In this document: in pieces, positions 19,151 through 28,348 of the stretch
Layout of the letters: every line of letters starts with the position of its first letter
Numbering within the stretch: position 1 is the first letter of the stretch
DNA from: Calditrichota bacterium
GTDB lineage: Bacteria; Calditrichota; Calditrichia; RBG-13-44-9
Reading direction: 5' to 3'
Length of the DNA: 45,988 bases
NCBI GenBank assembly: GCA_016934605.1
Contig: JAFGSO010000075.1
Span: 1-45,988 of the forward strand
Made by a program: the position numbers and the translations under genes
Notes under the pieces: generated by a model
Database searches by the model: none
What the model was told of the DNA's origin: nothing
What the model saw: only the letters and a program-made list of their open reading frames with translations

Positions 19151-19831
19151 TTAAAAATAGTATCGCAGAGCTACTGAAAGATTTACCGTCTGAAATCCGG
19201 AAACACCTTCCAGTTCAATATTGGGTTGCAGAGTCGGATACAGATCCCCCAGAACAAAACGATAACAGGCCAGTATATCCATGGCAATTGCAGAACTTAC
19301 CGGAATTTCAAATCCGATGCCGCTTCGGAAACCCCAGTTAGCCTCTTCCAGGGTTTTTTGATCAATGTGCGGTACAGCCGGTTGTACAGTAGTATCCGCC
19401 TGCACTTCTCCGCGGATGCCCTTCCAGTAAAAAACTCCTGCTGCCAGATTTATATAGGGCTTTATTATCGAGATTTGTCCCAGACTGTAACGGCCTGATA
19501 CCAGTAATCCAATATGCTCCAGCGAAAGTTCCAGTTTATCTTTCGGATAGCCTTCCAAATTTTCCCGGTCAAATTTTGTATATTCTATAAGTCCTTCAAT
19601 AAACCAGTTTTCATTATACTTTTGCCCCACCGAGATACCTGCATCCGGAGCCGGTTTAAACCAGTCAGCCAGACCTCCGATCGGACGTGAATAATTTCCG
19701 AAAATAGACATACCCCATTCACCTGTAGATTGGGCGGGAGATTGAATCGGAAATGCCACAAATAAAAGGAAAATGGAAACCAGGAGTTGCGGGCTTTTTT
19801 GAAGAAATACTTTCTTGAGTTCAGAGATCAT
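19151..19831 (-). CDS. Small outer-membrane beta-barrel protein
   Basis: 226-aa ORF with a signal peptide, an alternating amphipathic pattern rich in G/Y/F, and a terminal LRYYF (C-terminal aromatic residue typical of OMPs). Confidence 0.55.
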   Translation of the reverse strand: MISELKKVFLQKSPQLLVSIFLLFVAFPIQSPAQSTGEWGMSIFGNYSRPIGGLADWFKPAPDAGISVGQKYNENWFIEGLIEYTKFDRENLEGYPKDKLELSLEHIGLLVSGRYSLGQISIIKPYINLAAGVFYWKGIRGEVQADTTVQPAVPHIDQKTLEEANWGFRSGIGFEIPVSSAIAMDILACYRFVLGDLYPTLQPNIELEGVSGFQTVNLSVALRYYF

Positions 19832-19862
19832 TTTATCATTCCGTTTAACGGCGCCATTCCAT

Positions 19863-20690
19863 CTAATATTTAAAGTTTAAACCAATGGTGAACTTTGTTT
19901 TAGAGCGAAGAGGAAACCAGATCTCTCCACCGGCTGAGAGATGCAATAAATCTTCCAGCCAACCGACTTCATCCCGGTCAAAATAGTGCTGATAATGAAA
20001 AGCAAAGTGTAAATCCAGACCGGGGGTTAGAAAAAACCGGGTTCCCAGTACAGGCTCGGCAAAAATTTTCTGTCCCTCCCGGGATGGTGCAAAGTGAGTA
20101 AGTTCATATTTGTATTCATAATCAAACTTCTGTTCATTGTCCGGATCCAGATTGAATCGCTTGGTCCAGTTCTCAGTCATCTTCAGTTCACGGTAAAAGA
20201 GACTGATACCGGCATTCAAACCAATAAAAGGGTAAAATTTTCCAACTGCCGGCAACTTATATTCCAGACCGGTGGAAAACCTGACTTCCTTTAATTGTTG
20301 TGTGGGATGAAAAGTAGCCGAGTAGATACTGTCTCCGCTGGTATATTCCAGGGTAGCATTCAGTTCCTGGGGCGTAATTCCCGGGAGGAAATCCACATAA
20401 GTATCCTCCCAGTAATCCCAGTTCCACTCAAACAGTACGTCGTCCTGAGTGAGATTCATTTGCTCATAATCAAGTCGAAAATTCAGATCGAATCGGGATG
20501 AGATAGCATAGTTAAACTGTCCGCTCAGTCCAAAGCCGCTGGCCGACCTGGCTTTGTAGGACTCATTCTGGAATTCATAACCTCCGAAAAGCTTAATAGA
20601 TATGGGTTTATCCTGAGCAACTCCCCTGAATGGAATGCAAAACATACAAATGAGAAAGATTACAGATATATTAAAATGTGTTTTCATCAT
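19863..20690 (-). CDS. Outer-membrane beta-barrel protein
   Basis: 275-aa ORF with a signal peptide (MMKTHFNISVIFLICMFCIPFRGVAQ), beta-strand-like alternation and a terminal GLNFKY. Confidence 0.5.
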   Translation of the reverse strand: MMKTHFNISVIFLICMFCIPFRGVAQDKPISIKLFGGYEFQNESYKARSASGFGLSGQFNYAISSRFDLNFRLDYEQMNLTQDDVLFEWNWDYWEDTYVDFLPGITPQELNATLEYTSGDSIYSATFHPTQQLKEVRFSTGLEYKLPAVGKFYPFIGLNAGISLFYRELKMTENWTKRFNLDPDNEQKFDYEYKYELTHFAPSREGQKIFAEPVLGTRFFLTPGLDLHFAFHYQHYFDRDEVGWLEDLLHLSAGGEIWFPLRSKTKFTIGLNFKY

Positions 20691-20698
20691 CTTTTACA

Positions 20699-21667
20699 TT
20701 AAAAATCGATTGAAAACGAATACCGTAATGTGGTATCCAGATAATCGTGGTTCATATAGGCGACATCGATACCCGCGGTTTTATTCATGATATTGAGGCG
20801 AAGTCCGGCTCCAAGACTGAGGTTTTCGTCATCATAACCAAGCTTGTATCCGCCACGGAAGATAACCAGGTCCATAAGTATGGCTTCCATACCGAAATGC
20901 ACCCGTTCTGCCGCATCATTAGGATGAATTGCCTCTGCCAGAAAAGTCACATGTGTGGGAGATTCCAGACCACCCAGCAGGTCATAGGATAGCCCGAATT
21001 TGAGCTGTTGCGGCATCTTGAATTTTTCATTAACATATTTGGCTTCCAGCCCGAAATCCTTTAAAAAGGCACCGATGCGGAGAGAGCGGAAACCGGTATT
21101 GTAGTAGAAACCAATATCCATAATTATATTATCTGCATGTTCGATATCGATGGTTTCGCGGACATATTTAAAAGTTGTTCCGAAGGAGAATTTGTCGGTC
21201 AACCGGCGGGAATAGGTCAATCCGGTGGCAAAAGCACCGGCAGTGTAGGTACCCATATCAAAATATTCACCGAATTCACCACGATTCGGATATAAATTGC
21301 GTGTTTTCTGAATCTCACCAAAATCAAAATAAATGAACTGCAGCCCCAGAGTACCCACACCGGGGATCTGATAAGTGAGTCCTAGCGCTTGATGACTGGT
21401 TTCCACATACCATTCGGAGTAGGTCAGGTTTATGGAAAATTTTGACTGTGTATATGCAACCAGTGCCGGATTGAGGAAAAGACCTTCGGCCTGAGCGTCC
21501 GGAAGAGTAATTCCCGCCTCTCCCATTGCCATCGATCTCGCCGTCACCGGAATCTCCAGAAACACAAATCCCGTCGTTCCGGCTTTGTCAAAATCCTCAG
21601 CCTGAACCGGATTGATAATCAAAAAAACAAACAGGATAATCGAACAGATTATAATATATTTTATCAT
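20699..21667 (-). CDS. PorV/PorQ-family (FadL-like) outer-membrane protein
   Basis: 322-aa ORF with a signal peptide. The N-terminal block AGTTGFVFLEIPVTARSMAMGEAG...FLNPALVAY resembles the PorV/PorQ signature. The C-terminus is FSIDF. Confidence 0.6.
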   Translation of the reverse strand: MIKYIIICSIILFVFLIINPVQAEDFDKAGTTGFVFLEIPVTARSMAMGEAGITLPDAQAEGLFLNPALVAYTQSKFSINLTYSEWYVETSHQALGLTYQIPGVGTLGLQFIYFDFGEIQKTRNLYPNRGEFGEYFDMGTYTAGAFATGLTYSRRLTDKFSFGTTFKYVRETIDIEHADNIIMDIGFYYNTGFRSLRIGAFLKDFGLEAKYVNEKFKMPQQLKFGLSYDLLGGLESPTHVTFLAEAIHPNDAAERVHFGMEAILMDLVIFRGGYKLGYDDENLSLGAGLRLNIMNKTAGIDVAYMNHDYLDTTLRYSFSIDF

Positions 21668-21673
21668 AATATT

Positions 21674-23719
21674 TCAATTGATTATGGCAAATTTACCCTT
21701 AACAGTCTCCCCTTCAGAACTGGTTACCACATAGAAATACATCCCGCTTTTTACATAAAGACCATTTTCGCTGATCTGATTCCACGAAGCGATGCCGGAT
21801 TCGCTATCCTGATGTTCGATAGTTTTTATCAGATCTCCCCGGAGAGTATAGATACGGATGGTGCATCTGGCCGGAAGGCCTTCAAACTGAATTCTTTTTA
21901 AGTCTCCTGCCAGAGCAAAGCCGGAACTGCGGTAGAAGGGATTCGGCACAACCGTTACTTCATCCAGTTTATCTGTTGCCAGCAGCCTGGTATAAAAGGG
22001 TGCCGATTTACGATTAGCATAAATTGATGATTCCAGGGAGGGCACACTCACAGCAGAATTGATTGCCCAGGAATCCTGACCGGAATCGAAACTTGTCACC
22101 GAATAGTAATAACCGTATCCCAGGGCAACCCGGGCATCCAGGTAAACATATTTCTGTTCTTCCGGACTATAATAGCGTGAATCCCTTACCGGAAGTGTGG
22201 CAATTTTTTCCCACGGACCAAACGAATAACGACCGGATCGATAAATATGGTAACCGACAACATCCGGTGTTCCCTGATGTGGATCGTTGATCGACTCAAT
22301 CGAATTATCAAATTCGATGATATTACCTACCGAAGTTTCATTTGTCCGGATGGTAAATGAAGGGCCCGGAGGAGGCATCGGTACAGTATAATTATGATCG
22401 TAGTTAAAGCGAATCCTGTCGCTCAGATAAGCAACCGCAGAGTCTCCTCTCTGCTTTACCGTCTGCGCAGTTGCGCCTCCACCGAAAGCCTCTTCATACC
22501 TCATGCCACCAACAAATTCGGCCACCACCACTTTCACACTGTCCGCTTCCCTTCTGGCCAGATTGAAAGGTCCCAGGGAAAAATTAACATAGAGCCGGTT
22601 CTGTCCCATTCGCGGATCATCCGGATTCTGGAAAGCCTCGGATAGAAGAAGCGGATTTGCCATGGCATCATATTTATTATCAAGGCCCGCTACACCCAGA
22701 AACGGTCCGGAATGATCCTGGCTGGGAGATGCGGCAGACCAGGCAAAGCCATTAATGGTGTTTTCTCTTCCCAGAGAATCCGGCGATATATATAGAAATT
22801 TGATACCGGTATAACCGGGTGCCAGAAACTCCGGTCTGATAACATTGCGGTTTTCCACCGGATCGTATTCAAGATGTTCAAAATAATCAAACGATTCATT
22901 CACTCCCGGTGTATCTGTATAGTCACCTGCCCAGCAAACCACCTGTCGGTTTTGCGGATCGTAACTGCTGTGTGTATTTCGTGCTCCTGCCGGCAGATTG
23001 GGAAATGTCAGGTTCCAGCCCCGATGAGTTGGACCAACCGCCCAGGTAAACAGCAGATAAACACCTTTCAGATCGTTGCGTCTCTGGGTATTTTTGATGG
23101 AATATTCGGTAATGATATAATTTTCGTCAGCTTTTGAACCGGACCACTGGCGGGCCGTACGTCGCACTTTCACCGGAATATTCTGATTATCCCATGGCTG
23201 AAACCACTCACCGTTGATTTCCCACTGGGTCACAATCACATCTTCCGCTTCCCGGGGATCTGTCAGCAACCAGTAGTTCTCTCCGTTGGAAAATTTCCGC
23301 CGATGAATCAGCTCATCGTTTTCATCCCGGGAAATCAGATAGCGGAATTCTGCTCCGGCTGTCCCGACTGTGGTGCCGTGAGTTGCGAAATTATCACAGC
23401 CCCAGACACTTCCGGTATCGGTGAGTGCAGTAATGAAAAAACCACCGGCCACCAGGTAGCTGTAACTTCCTCCTATATCCTGTTTTACTTCATCGGTGCG
23501 GTATCCGGGCCAGTCGAGGCCATAGGTCTTGCGCTGCCAGTCCGCCATCGGTTCGCATTCCTGGGCCAGATTGAAAGCATGCCACAAGGCTCCGCGGGTA
23601 AAACTGATCGTATTGGCAAATTCCTGTGCTGCAATCTGATTCTGGCTCGATAAAAAAGCTGCCATTACGATGGGAAGAAATTCAGATCGTTTCAGAAGTG
23701 TTTTAAAAAATTCTATCAT
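21674..23719 (-). CDS. Secreted protein of unknown function with T9SS sorting-domain-like tail, encoded directly downstream of the TonB-dependent receptor
   Basis: 681-aa ORF with a signal peptide. The last ~95 aa (VVPNPFY...CTIRIYTLRGDLIKTI...GMYFYVV...KGKFAIIN) follow the sorting-domain motif order. I recognise no family for the body of the protein. Confidence 0.6.
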   Translation of the reverse strand: MIEFFKTLLKRSEFLPIVMAAFLSSQNQIAAQEFANTISFTRGALWHAFNLAQECEPMADWQRKTYGLDWPGYRTDEVKQDIGGSYSYLVAGGFFITALTDTGSVWGCDNFATHGTTVGTAGAEFRYLISRDENDELIHRRKFSNGENYWLLTDPREAEDVIVTQWEINGEWFQPWDNQNIPVKVRRTARQWSGSKADENYIITEYSIKNTQRRNDLKGVYLLFTWAVGPTHRGWNLTFPNLPAGARNTHSSYDPQNRQVVCWAGDYTDTPGVNESFDYFEHLEYDPVENRNVIRPEFLAPGYTGIKFLYISPDSLGRENTINGFAWSAASPSQDHSGPFLGVAGLDNKYDAMANPLLLSEAFQNPDDPRMGQNRLYVNFSLGPFNLARREADSVKVVVAEFVGGMRYEEAFGGGATAQTVKQRGDSAVAYLSDRIRFNYDHNYTVPMPPPGPSFTIRTNETSVGNIIEFDNSIESINDPHQGTPDVVGYHIYRSGRYSFGPWEKIATLPVRDSRYYSPEEQKYVYLDARVALGYGYYYSVTSFDSGQDSWAINSAVSVPSLESSIYANRKSAPFYTRLLATDKLDEVTVVPNPFYRSSGFALAGDLKRIQFEGLPARCTIRIYTLRGDLIKTIEHQDSESGIASWNQISENGLYVKSGMYFYVVTSSEGETVKGKFAIIN

Positions 23720-23757
23720 GACTTCAATACTTTACTTTATATGCTTTTTTTCTCACG

Positions 23758-26670
23758 TTAAAACAGGAATCCGACAGTAAAAAATACCTGACGGGGAATA
23801 TTTCTCCAGGTTTGATAATAGTTGTAAAGCCGGAGATCCCGGTTGGGATCGTTTCCGGGATCCGCATATGTGACGCTTCTCAGGACATAGCGATCCAGTT
23901 CTTCCTGCTCACTGATGGGCGTCAAATGCCGGTTATCGAACAGATTGTAGACCCGAATTCCCAGTTTAAGCTGAACATCCCCCAGCGGTTGAGTTTTTTC
24001 AATTCGCAGGTCGGTCTGGGATTCGGAGGGATATCGCCGGTTAGATTCCACATTGTATTCGTATTGATATTCAGGGGACCAGAAATAAGCCAGACCGCTG
24101 CGTATGGCCACGATGAGACTCACAGAAGTATTTTCCAGCGGCTGAATATTCAGCAAACGGAATCCGGCATCATCCGGAAAATTGTAAGTGAGAGAGGCGT
24201 TCAGACGATGAGTCCGATCCTCCGGAGCCAGGTAATCGCTGGCCGAATAAGTATATTTCTGTTCCAGTTCGGGTGGCAGATCAGGACGAATCAGATAAAC
24301 CCCATACTGACCATAGCTGGCCTGACTCAGAGTATAGGCAAATCGATAACGCCAGTTACCGGGAGTCCTGTTCGAAAAACTGATCTCAATCCCCCGGGTA
24401 TTTCCATATCCGTTATTCTCGTAACTGATATAGCTTTGTTTCAAATCGTCTGGCTTATTAACACTCCCGGTTGAACTGGCAATATAAACCAGAGAAATCT
24501 GATCGACCAGGTCGTTGTAATAGGTCACCACATCCAGTTGATGGGTTCCCCACAGGTTTTTTTGTACACCCACTTCATAATTTATGCTCAGTTTCGGTTT
24601 CAGATTCGGATTACCGTAACTGCCCCATCCGTTAAAAGTCTGATTATCCAGCGCCTGGTTAATTGTTGGCATAGATCGGAAATGCCCATACTGGACCCGG
24701 AATGCTGTGGTTTCGCCGATGGGGAAGGATAATCCCAGACGCGGAGATAACACTGTAAATGTTTTGGACGGTTCCCACTCCGGAATGCCCACACTATTGC
24801 TCCCCAGTGCCGGATAAAAGACATTATATTTATCCACTGGAACATCCGCACCAAAATTATAGGCATCGAACCGGACGCCAAGATTGGCCACCATTCCGGC
24901 AAATTCTAGCTTATCCTGTAAATAACCCGCCGTATACCAGGTATCGGCTTTATAGTTGGTAGCAAAACCGGTACGCCAGATAAATGCCGAAACACTGAGG
25001 GAGGAGGATGCGTTATAATTTTGATCCATCAGGGATGCTTCGAGACCAGCCTTTAAAAGATTGGTTTTGGTCAGCTGAACCGAATAATTGATCTTTCCTT
25101 CATAGAAATTAGTGATGGATGCCTGATTGTACAAACTTGACCAGGTATAATACTCACGATATTTTTCATTCCACGGTCCACGATCTTCCAGTACTCGGTC
25201 CTCCGGATCCGGATGAAGCTGAACATCCTTGTCCCACCCGGGAGTGGGCGTTTGATAAGCATACAATACTTCATTCTGCCAGGTGAAAGTAGTTTCCAAA
25301 AATGAAGTAGGCGAAAAAATAAGTTTATAATTAAGACTGGTAGCGAAAACAGTTTCATCGCGGGGAGAGTCGTACACCAGAGTGTACTTTCGTTTTGCTC
25401 CATACTGTCCCCATAAGCCTGCCCAGCGGACATCATCGGATCCTGAACCCATTCCGGAATAAAATTTCTGATACAGTCCGGTGACTTTCAGATTATGATT
25501 TGCATTTGGTTTCCAGGCAAGAACAAGGGAATAATTCTGTTTTTTCTGAACCTGCTCATTGGTTGGCAGTCGAGTGGGTTTAAAAAGCAGTTCACCCGAT
25601 ATAAAGAATGTCATGTCCTGGCTCAATTTGCCCAGAGGACCACCCAGGCTGAACAGATAGCGGTGATAGGGATTTTGACGGTAATCATAAACGCCCAGCG
25701 GGTTGTCATCAGACGGTGTATGATTCTGCACCCACAGGTTGTAATTTCGCCATGCTTCGGCGGTATCTATTGTTGCCACGCCACCAGTGGTATCCTGAAA
25801 TTGCGGCTGCTGAAGCCACACATTAAAATCGCCCCATTTTCGCCATTCAAACTGATTTTTCGAATACAGGTAATCTCCCCAGTGATACTGACCGGAAGGC
25901 CTGTATTCTACAGACAGCCCGCCGAAAAATCTGGTATCCCCTTCTTTCATCACCACATTTACCACCCCGGACTGGGCATTGCCGTATTCGGCATTAAAAC
26001 CGCCGGTAATCACCTCCATTTGAGAAACCGCCAGCGGGTTAACGTCATATTTCCAGCTGTTTTCCGACTTCGTGCCGGTACCGTAAGCCGGCACTCCCGA
26101 ATTGGTTGTAACGCTCTTAATTCCGTTTATACTGTAATTGATCTCATAGGCCCCTCCCCCACGAATACTCATTGTTCCGTCCGCGTTTTTGGAAACACCC
26201 GGAGTCAGTTCAAGTACATTTCGCAGGTTTTCCACCGGCAGATTCGCAACCTCCTTTGCTTCAAAATTCAGTGACGAAGAGGTTTTGTCAGCTTCCACAA
26301 TGGGTCGTTCGGCGGTAACCGTTACTGTTTCACCAAATTCCAGAGCAGCTGCCGCCATGGTAATATTTATATTTGTGGTACGATCCAACCTCACCATTAC
26401 ATTTTCGACCGTAACATTCTGATATCCGATATAAGTAAACAGGAGTTGATTGTTCCCAGGCGGGACATTCAGGATAATATACCAACCATCCGCATCGGTT
26501 GCAGCGCCCAGATGAGTTCCCACCACTGTGACATTCACTCCGATAAGAGGTTCACCGGATTCCTTATCGGTCACCTGTCCGGCAATTTTCCCGGTTCCCT
26601 GAGATAAAACTATTGAAAAAAGAAAGAATATGAGAAAAATAGAGGAAAGCGTTAAGCGGAAAAAGGTCAC
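23758..26670 (-). CDS. TonB-dependent outer-membrane receptor with N-terminal carboxypeptidase-regulatory-like domain
   Basis: 970-aa ORF with a GTG start preceded by AAGGTG, and a signal peptide. The N-terminal region GKIAGQVTDKESGEPLIGVNVTVVGT...DADGWYIILNVPPG is CarboxypepD_reg-like. A plug-like region follows (TVTAERPIVEADKTSS). The barrel ends in VGFLF. Confidence 0.85.
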   Translation of the reverse strand: MTFFRLTLSSIFLIFFLFSIVLSQGTGKIAGQVTDKESGEPLIGVNVTVVGTHLGAATDADGWYIILNVPPGNNQLLFTYIGYQNVTVENVMVRLDRTTNINITMAAAALEFGETVTVTAERPIVEADKTSSSLNFEAKEVANLPVENLRNVLELTPGVSKNADGTMSIRGGGAYEINYSINGIKSVTTNSGVPAYGTGTKSENSWKYDVNPLAVSQMEVITGGFNAEYGNAQSGVVNVVMKEGDTRFFGGLSVEYRPSGQYHWGDYLYSKNQFEWRKWGDFNVWLQQPQFQDTTGGVATIDTAEAWRNYNLWVQNHTPSDDNPLGVYDYRQNPYHRYLFSLGGPLGKLSQDMTFFISGELLFKPTRLPTNEQVQKKQNYSLVLAWKPNANHNLKVTGLYQKFYSGMGSGSDDVRWAGLWGQYGAKRKYTLVYDSPRDETVFATSLNYKLIFSPTSFLETTFTWQNEVLYAYQTPTPGWDKDVQLHPDPEDRVLEDRGPWNEKYREYYTWSSLYNQASITNFYEGKINYSVQLTKTNLLKAGLEASLMDQNYNASSSLSVSAFIWRTGFATNYKADTWYTAGYLQDKLEFAGMVANLGVRFDAYNFGADVPVDKYNVFYPALGSNSVGIPEWEPSKTFTVLSPRLGLSFPIGETTAFRVQYGHFRSMPTINQALDNQTFNGWGSYGNPNLKPKLSINYEVGVQKNLWGTHQLDVVTYYNDLVDQISLVYIASSTGSVNKPDDLKQSYISYENNGYGNTRGIEISFSNRTPGNWRYRFAYTLSQASYGQYGVYLIRPDLPPELEQKYTYSASDYLAPEDRTHRLNASLTYNFPDDAGFRLLNIQPLENTSVSLIVAIRSGLAYFWSPEYQYEYNVESNRRYPSESQTDLRIEKTQPLGDVQLKLGIRVYNLFDNRHLTPISEQEELDRYVLRSVTYADPGNDPNRDLRLYNYYQTWRNIPRQVFFTVGFLF

Positions 26671-26681
26671 GGAGGCACCTT

Positions 26682-26710
26682 TTAGTTAGTATAGTTAACT
26701 TAATAACTAA
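26682..26710. promoter_or_regulatory. Nested palindrome TTAGTTA-N15-TAACTAA enclosing AGTTAACT (candidate operator in the receptor-operon leader)
   Basis: The outer 7-bp arms are at 26682-26688 and 26704-26710, and the inner perfect palindrome AGTTAACT is at 26693-26700. It lies between the predicted -10 box and the GTG start. Confidence 0.35.
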
Positions 26711-26713
26711 CAA

Positions 26714-26742
26714 AGTTTATTGATTCACAAACAAAAAGTCAA
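26714..26742 (-). promoter_or_regulatory. Predicted sigma70-type promoter of the receptor/T9SS operon
   Basis: The minus strand reads TTGACT (26742-26737), a 17-nt spacer, then TAAACT (26719-26714). The -10 box lies about 45 nt upstream of the GTG start. This is a consensus match only, with no transcript data. Confidence 0.4.
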
Positions 26743-26984
26743 TAATAATTTTATTTTTATGAAGAAATTTTTTATCCCGGAGAACGATCCTCAATAATTC
26801 ACCTACTCCCTGATAACCGGGTACAAAATCAGCAGAATTTAGGGCTGAAAGCATAATTTATGCGAGACAACTTCACAGTGATCCGGTCACATCCCGTCCA
26901 TAGAATGCCTTATTTTATATATTCTCTTCATTTTTTTCTTAGAAGGGTGTCCTTCTCACTGTCCTCCGGGTGCTCAGCGGCACC

Positions 26985-27006
26985 TAAAAAAGCCACAGAT
27001 GGCTCA
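26985..27006 (-). terminator. Weak rho-independent terminator downstream of GHL10 paralogue 2
   Basis: The minus strand reads GAGCCA-tctg-TGGCTT followed by a T-run (TTTTTT). The stem is short (5-6 bp) and lies about 180 nt after the stop at 27182. Confidence 0.35.
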
Positions 27007-27181
27007 AAAGGCAGGGAGATCTAAACCATGGCATTGTCTAATGAAGGTAGAGTTTGTGAATTTACCGGGATAGGTCCAAAACAGACAAACCGATAAGGTA
27101 AATCGTTTCTAAGGTACTGAATTTCCCGGATTTGATTTTTTGTATTGTGTCAGCACCCATAATTGGGGAGGCTGGAATATG

Positions 27182-28348
27182 CTACCTCTTCCACTCAAAC
27201 GGTAGGCGGGCCGGTTCCCGGTACCAGGTAGCCTTCAGGCTATCTGCCAGCTGATCTCCGTTCTTCCGCAACCCCTCGTAAAAAAAGAATACCTCACCTC
27301 GATACCCTTTCTCCCGGTTATAGGCAACTGCCTGCAGAAGAAATTCCGGTGAAATCACATAATCCCCTACATTCATCAGAACCCCCGGGTAGATCAGACT
27401 GTCCGGAGATCTTCCCAGAAGCGTTTTTCCGGGAATGGAATCCAGTGAACTCCGATATTCCTGAATGCTGTACCGGTAAACCTGAGGATGTATGATATCT
27501 CCGTTCCCCTGCAGAACCCAGGCCGGCCAGTCCTGAAGATATTCATCATAAGACCAGGGATATATGCTTGGTGCCCAGGAAACATACATATCGGGTTTTA
27601 TCTTCTTGACCTCACGGTATACTTTTCCCGCAAATTCATTCAGGATATCTGCCCGCCAAAGCATCCAGTCCGAGTCCTGCTCATAAGCCGGCGGATATTT
27701 CTCATTCTGCTCTTTCATATACCGGTCTATGGTATAACTGGAATAACCTCCTTCTACCGGCTGTGCCGGAAGCCGGTCATCACCCTGAATCCCTTGAACA
27801 TCATAATTTCTCACCACTTCCAGGATCAACGACAGCAGGAAATTCTGAACTTCAGGATGATATCCATTCATCCATTCAAAACCGTTTTTGGTCAAGAGAC
27901 CGCCATTGATATCGCGGGCTGACCATTCCGGCTTTTTCTGCAAAATCATTCCGCCGTTCTTCTGAAAAGAAGCGGCAAATCCATACTCAAACCAGGGAAT
28001 CACTGCAATATCTCTGCTGTGTGCCTCCTCAATCACTTCCTGCAGAGGATCCCGCCCGGCAAACCTGGGATCGATGGGAAAACCAAACAGCTCTTCCATC
28101 ACCTGACTGGGATAAAGTGTTTTGGCATCATTCCAGACGACCGGAAAGACAATATTAAAATGATGTTCCGCCAGAAATTGCATGGCTTCGCTGATACTTT
28201 CACGACTGTCCAGAACCCGACTGTCTACATTGGTCAACCACACACCGCGCAACTCGGTCAATTTGGGAAAATCTTTTCCCTCGCGACTGCACAGCATCAA
28301 AAAAATACATACAGGCACAACTATGAATATTGATCTGAAAAATCTCAT
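27182..28348 (-). CDS. GHL10-family (PF02638/DUF187-like) putative glycosidase, paralogue 2 (catalytic domain only; periplasmic or lipoprotein)
   Basis: 388-aa ORF. The signal peptide has a Cys at residue 20 (FLMLCS). Blocks are LRGVWLTNVDS, IPWFEYGF, WRADILNEF and PQVYR. Its start overlaps the upstream stop as ATGA (28348-28345). Confidence 0.75.
   Translation of the reverse strand: MRFFRSIFIVVPVCIFLMLCSREGKDFPKLTELRGVWLTNVDSRVLDSRESISEAMQFLAEHHFNIVFPVVWNDAKTLYPSQVMEELFGFPIDPRFAGRDPLQEVIEEAHSRDIAVIPWFEYGFAASFQKNGGMILQKKPEWSARDINGGLLTKNGFEWMNGYHPEVQNFLLSLILEVVRNYDVQGIQGDDRLPAQPVEGGYSSYTIDRYMKEQNEKYPPAYEQDSDWMLWRADILNEFAGKVYREVKKIKPDMYVSWAPSIYPWSYDEYLQDWPAWVLQGNGDIIHPQVYRYSIQEYRSSLDSIPGKTLLGRSPDSLIYPGVLMNVGDYVISPEFLLQAVAYNREKGYRGEVFFFYEGLRKNGDQLADSLKATWYREPARLPFEWKR

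Noticed and set aside
27028-27096. 22-codon ORF (MALSNEGRVCEFTGIGPKQTNR) in the 511-bp spacer upstream of the receptor operon.
   Set aside because: It is too short to support without conservation or expression data, and it lies on the strand opposite both neighbouring operons.
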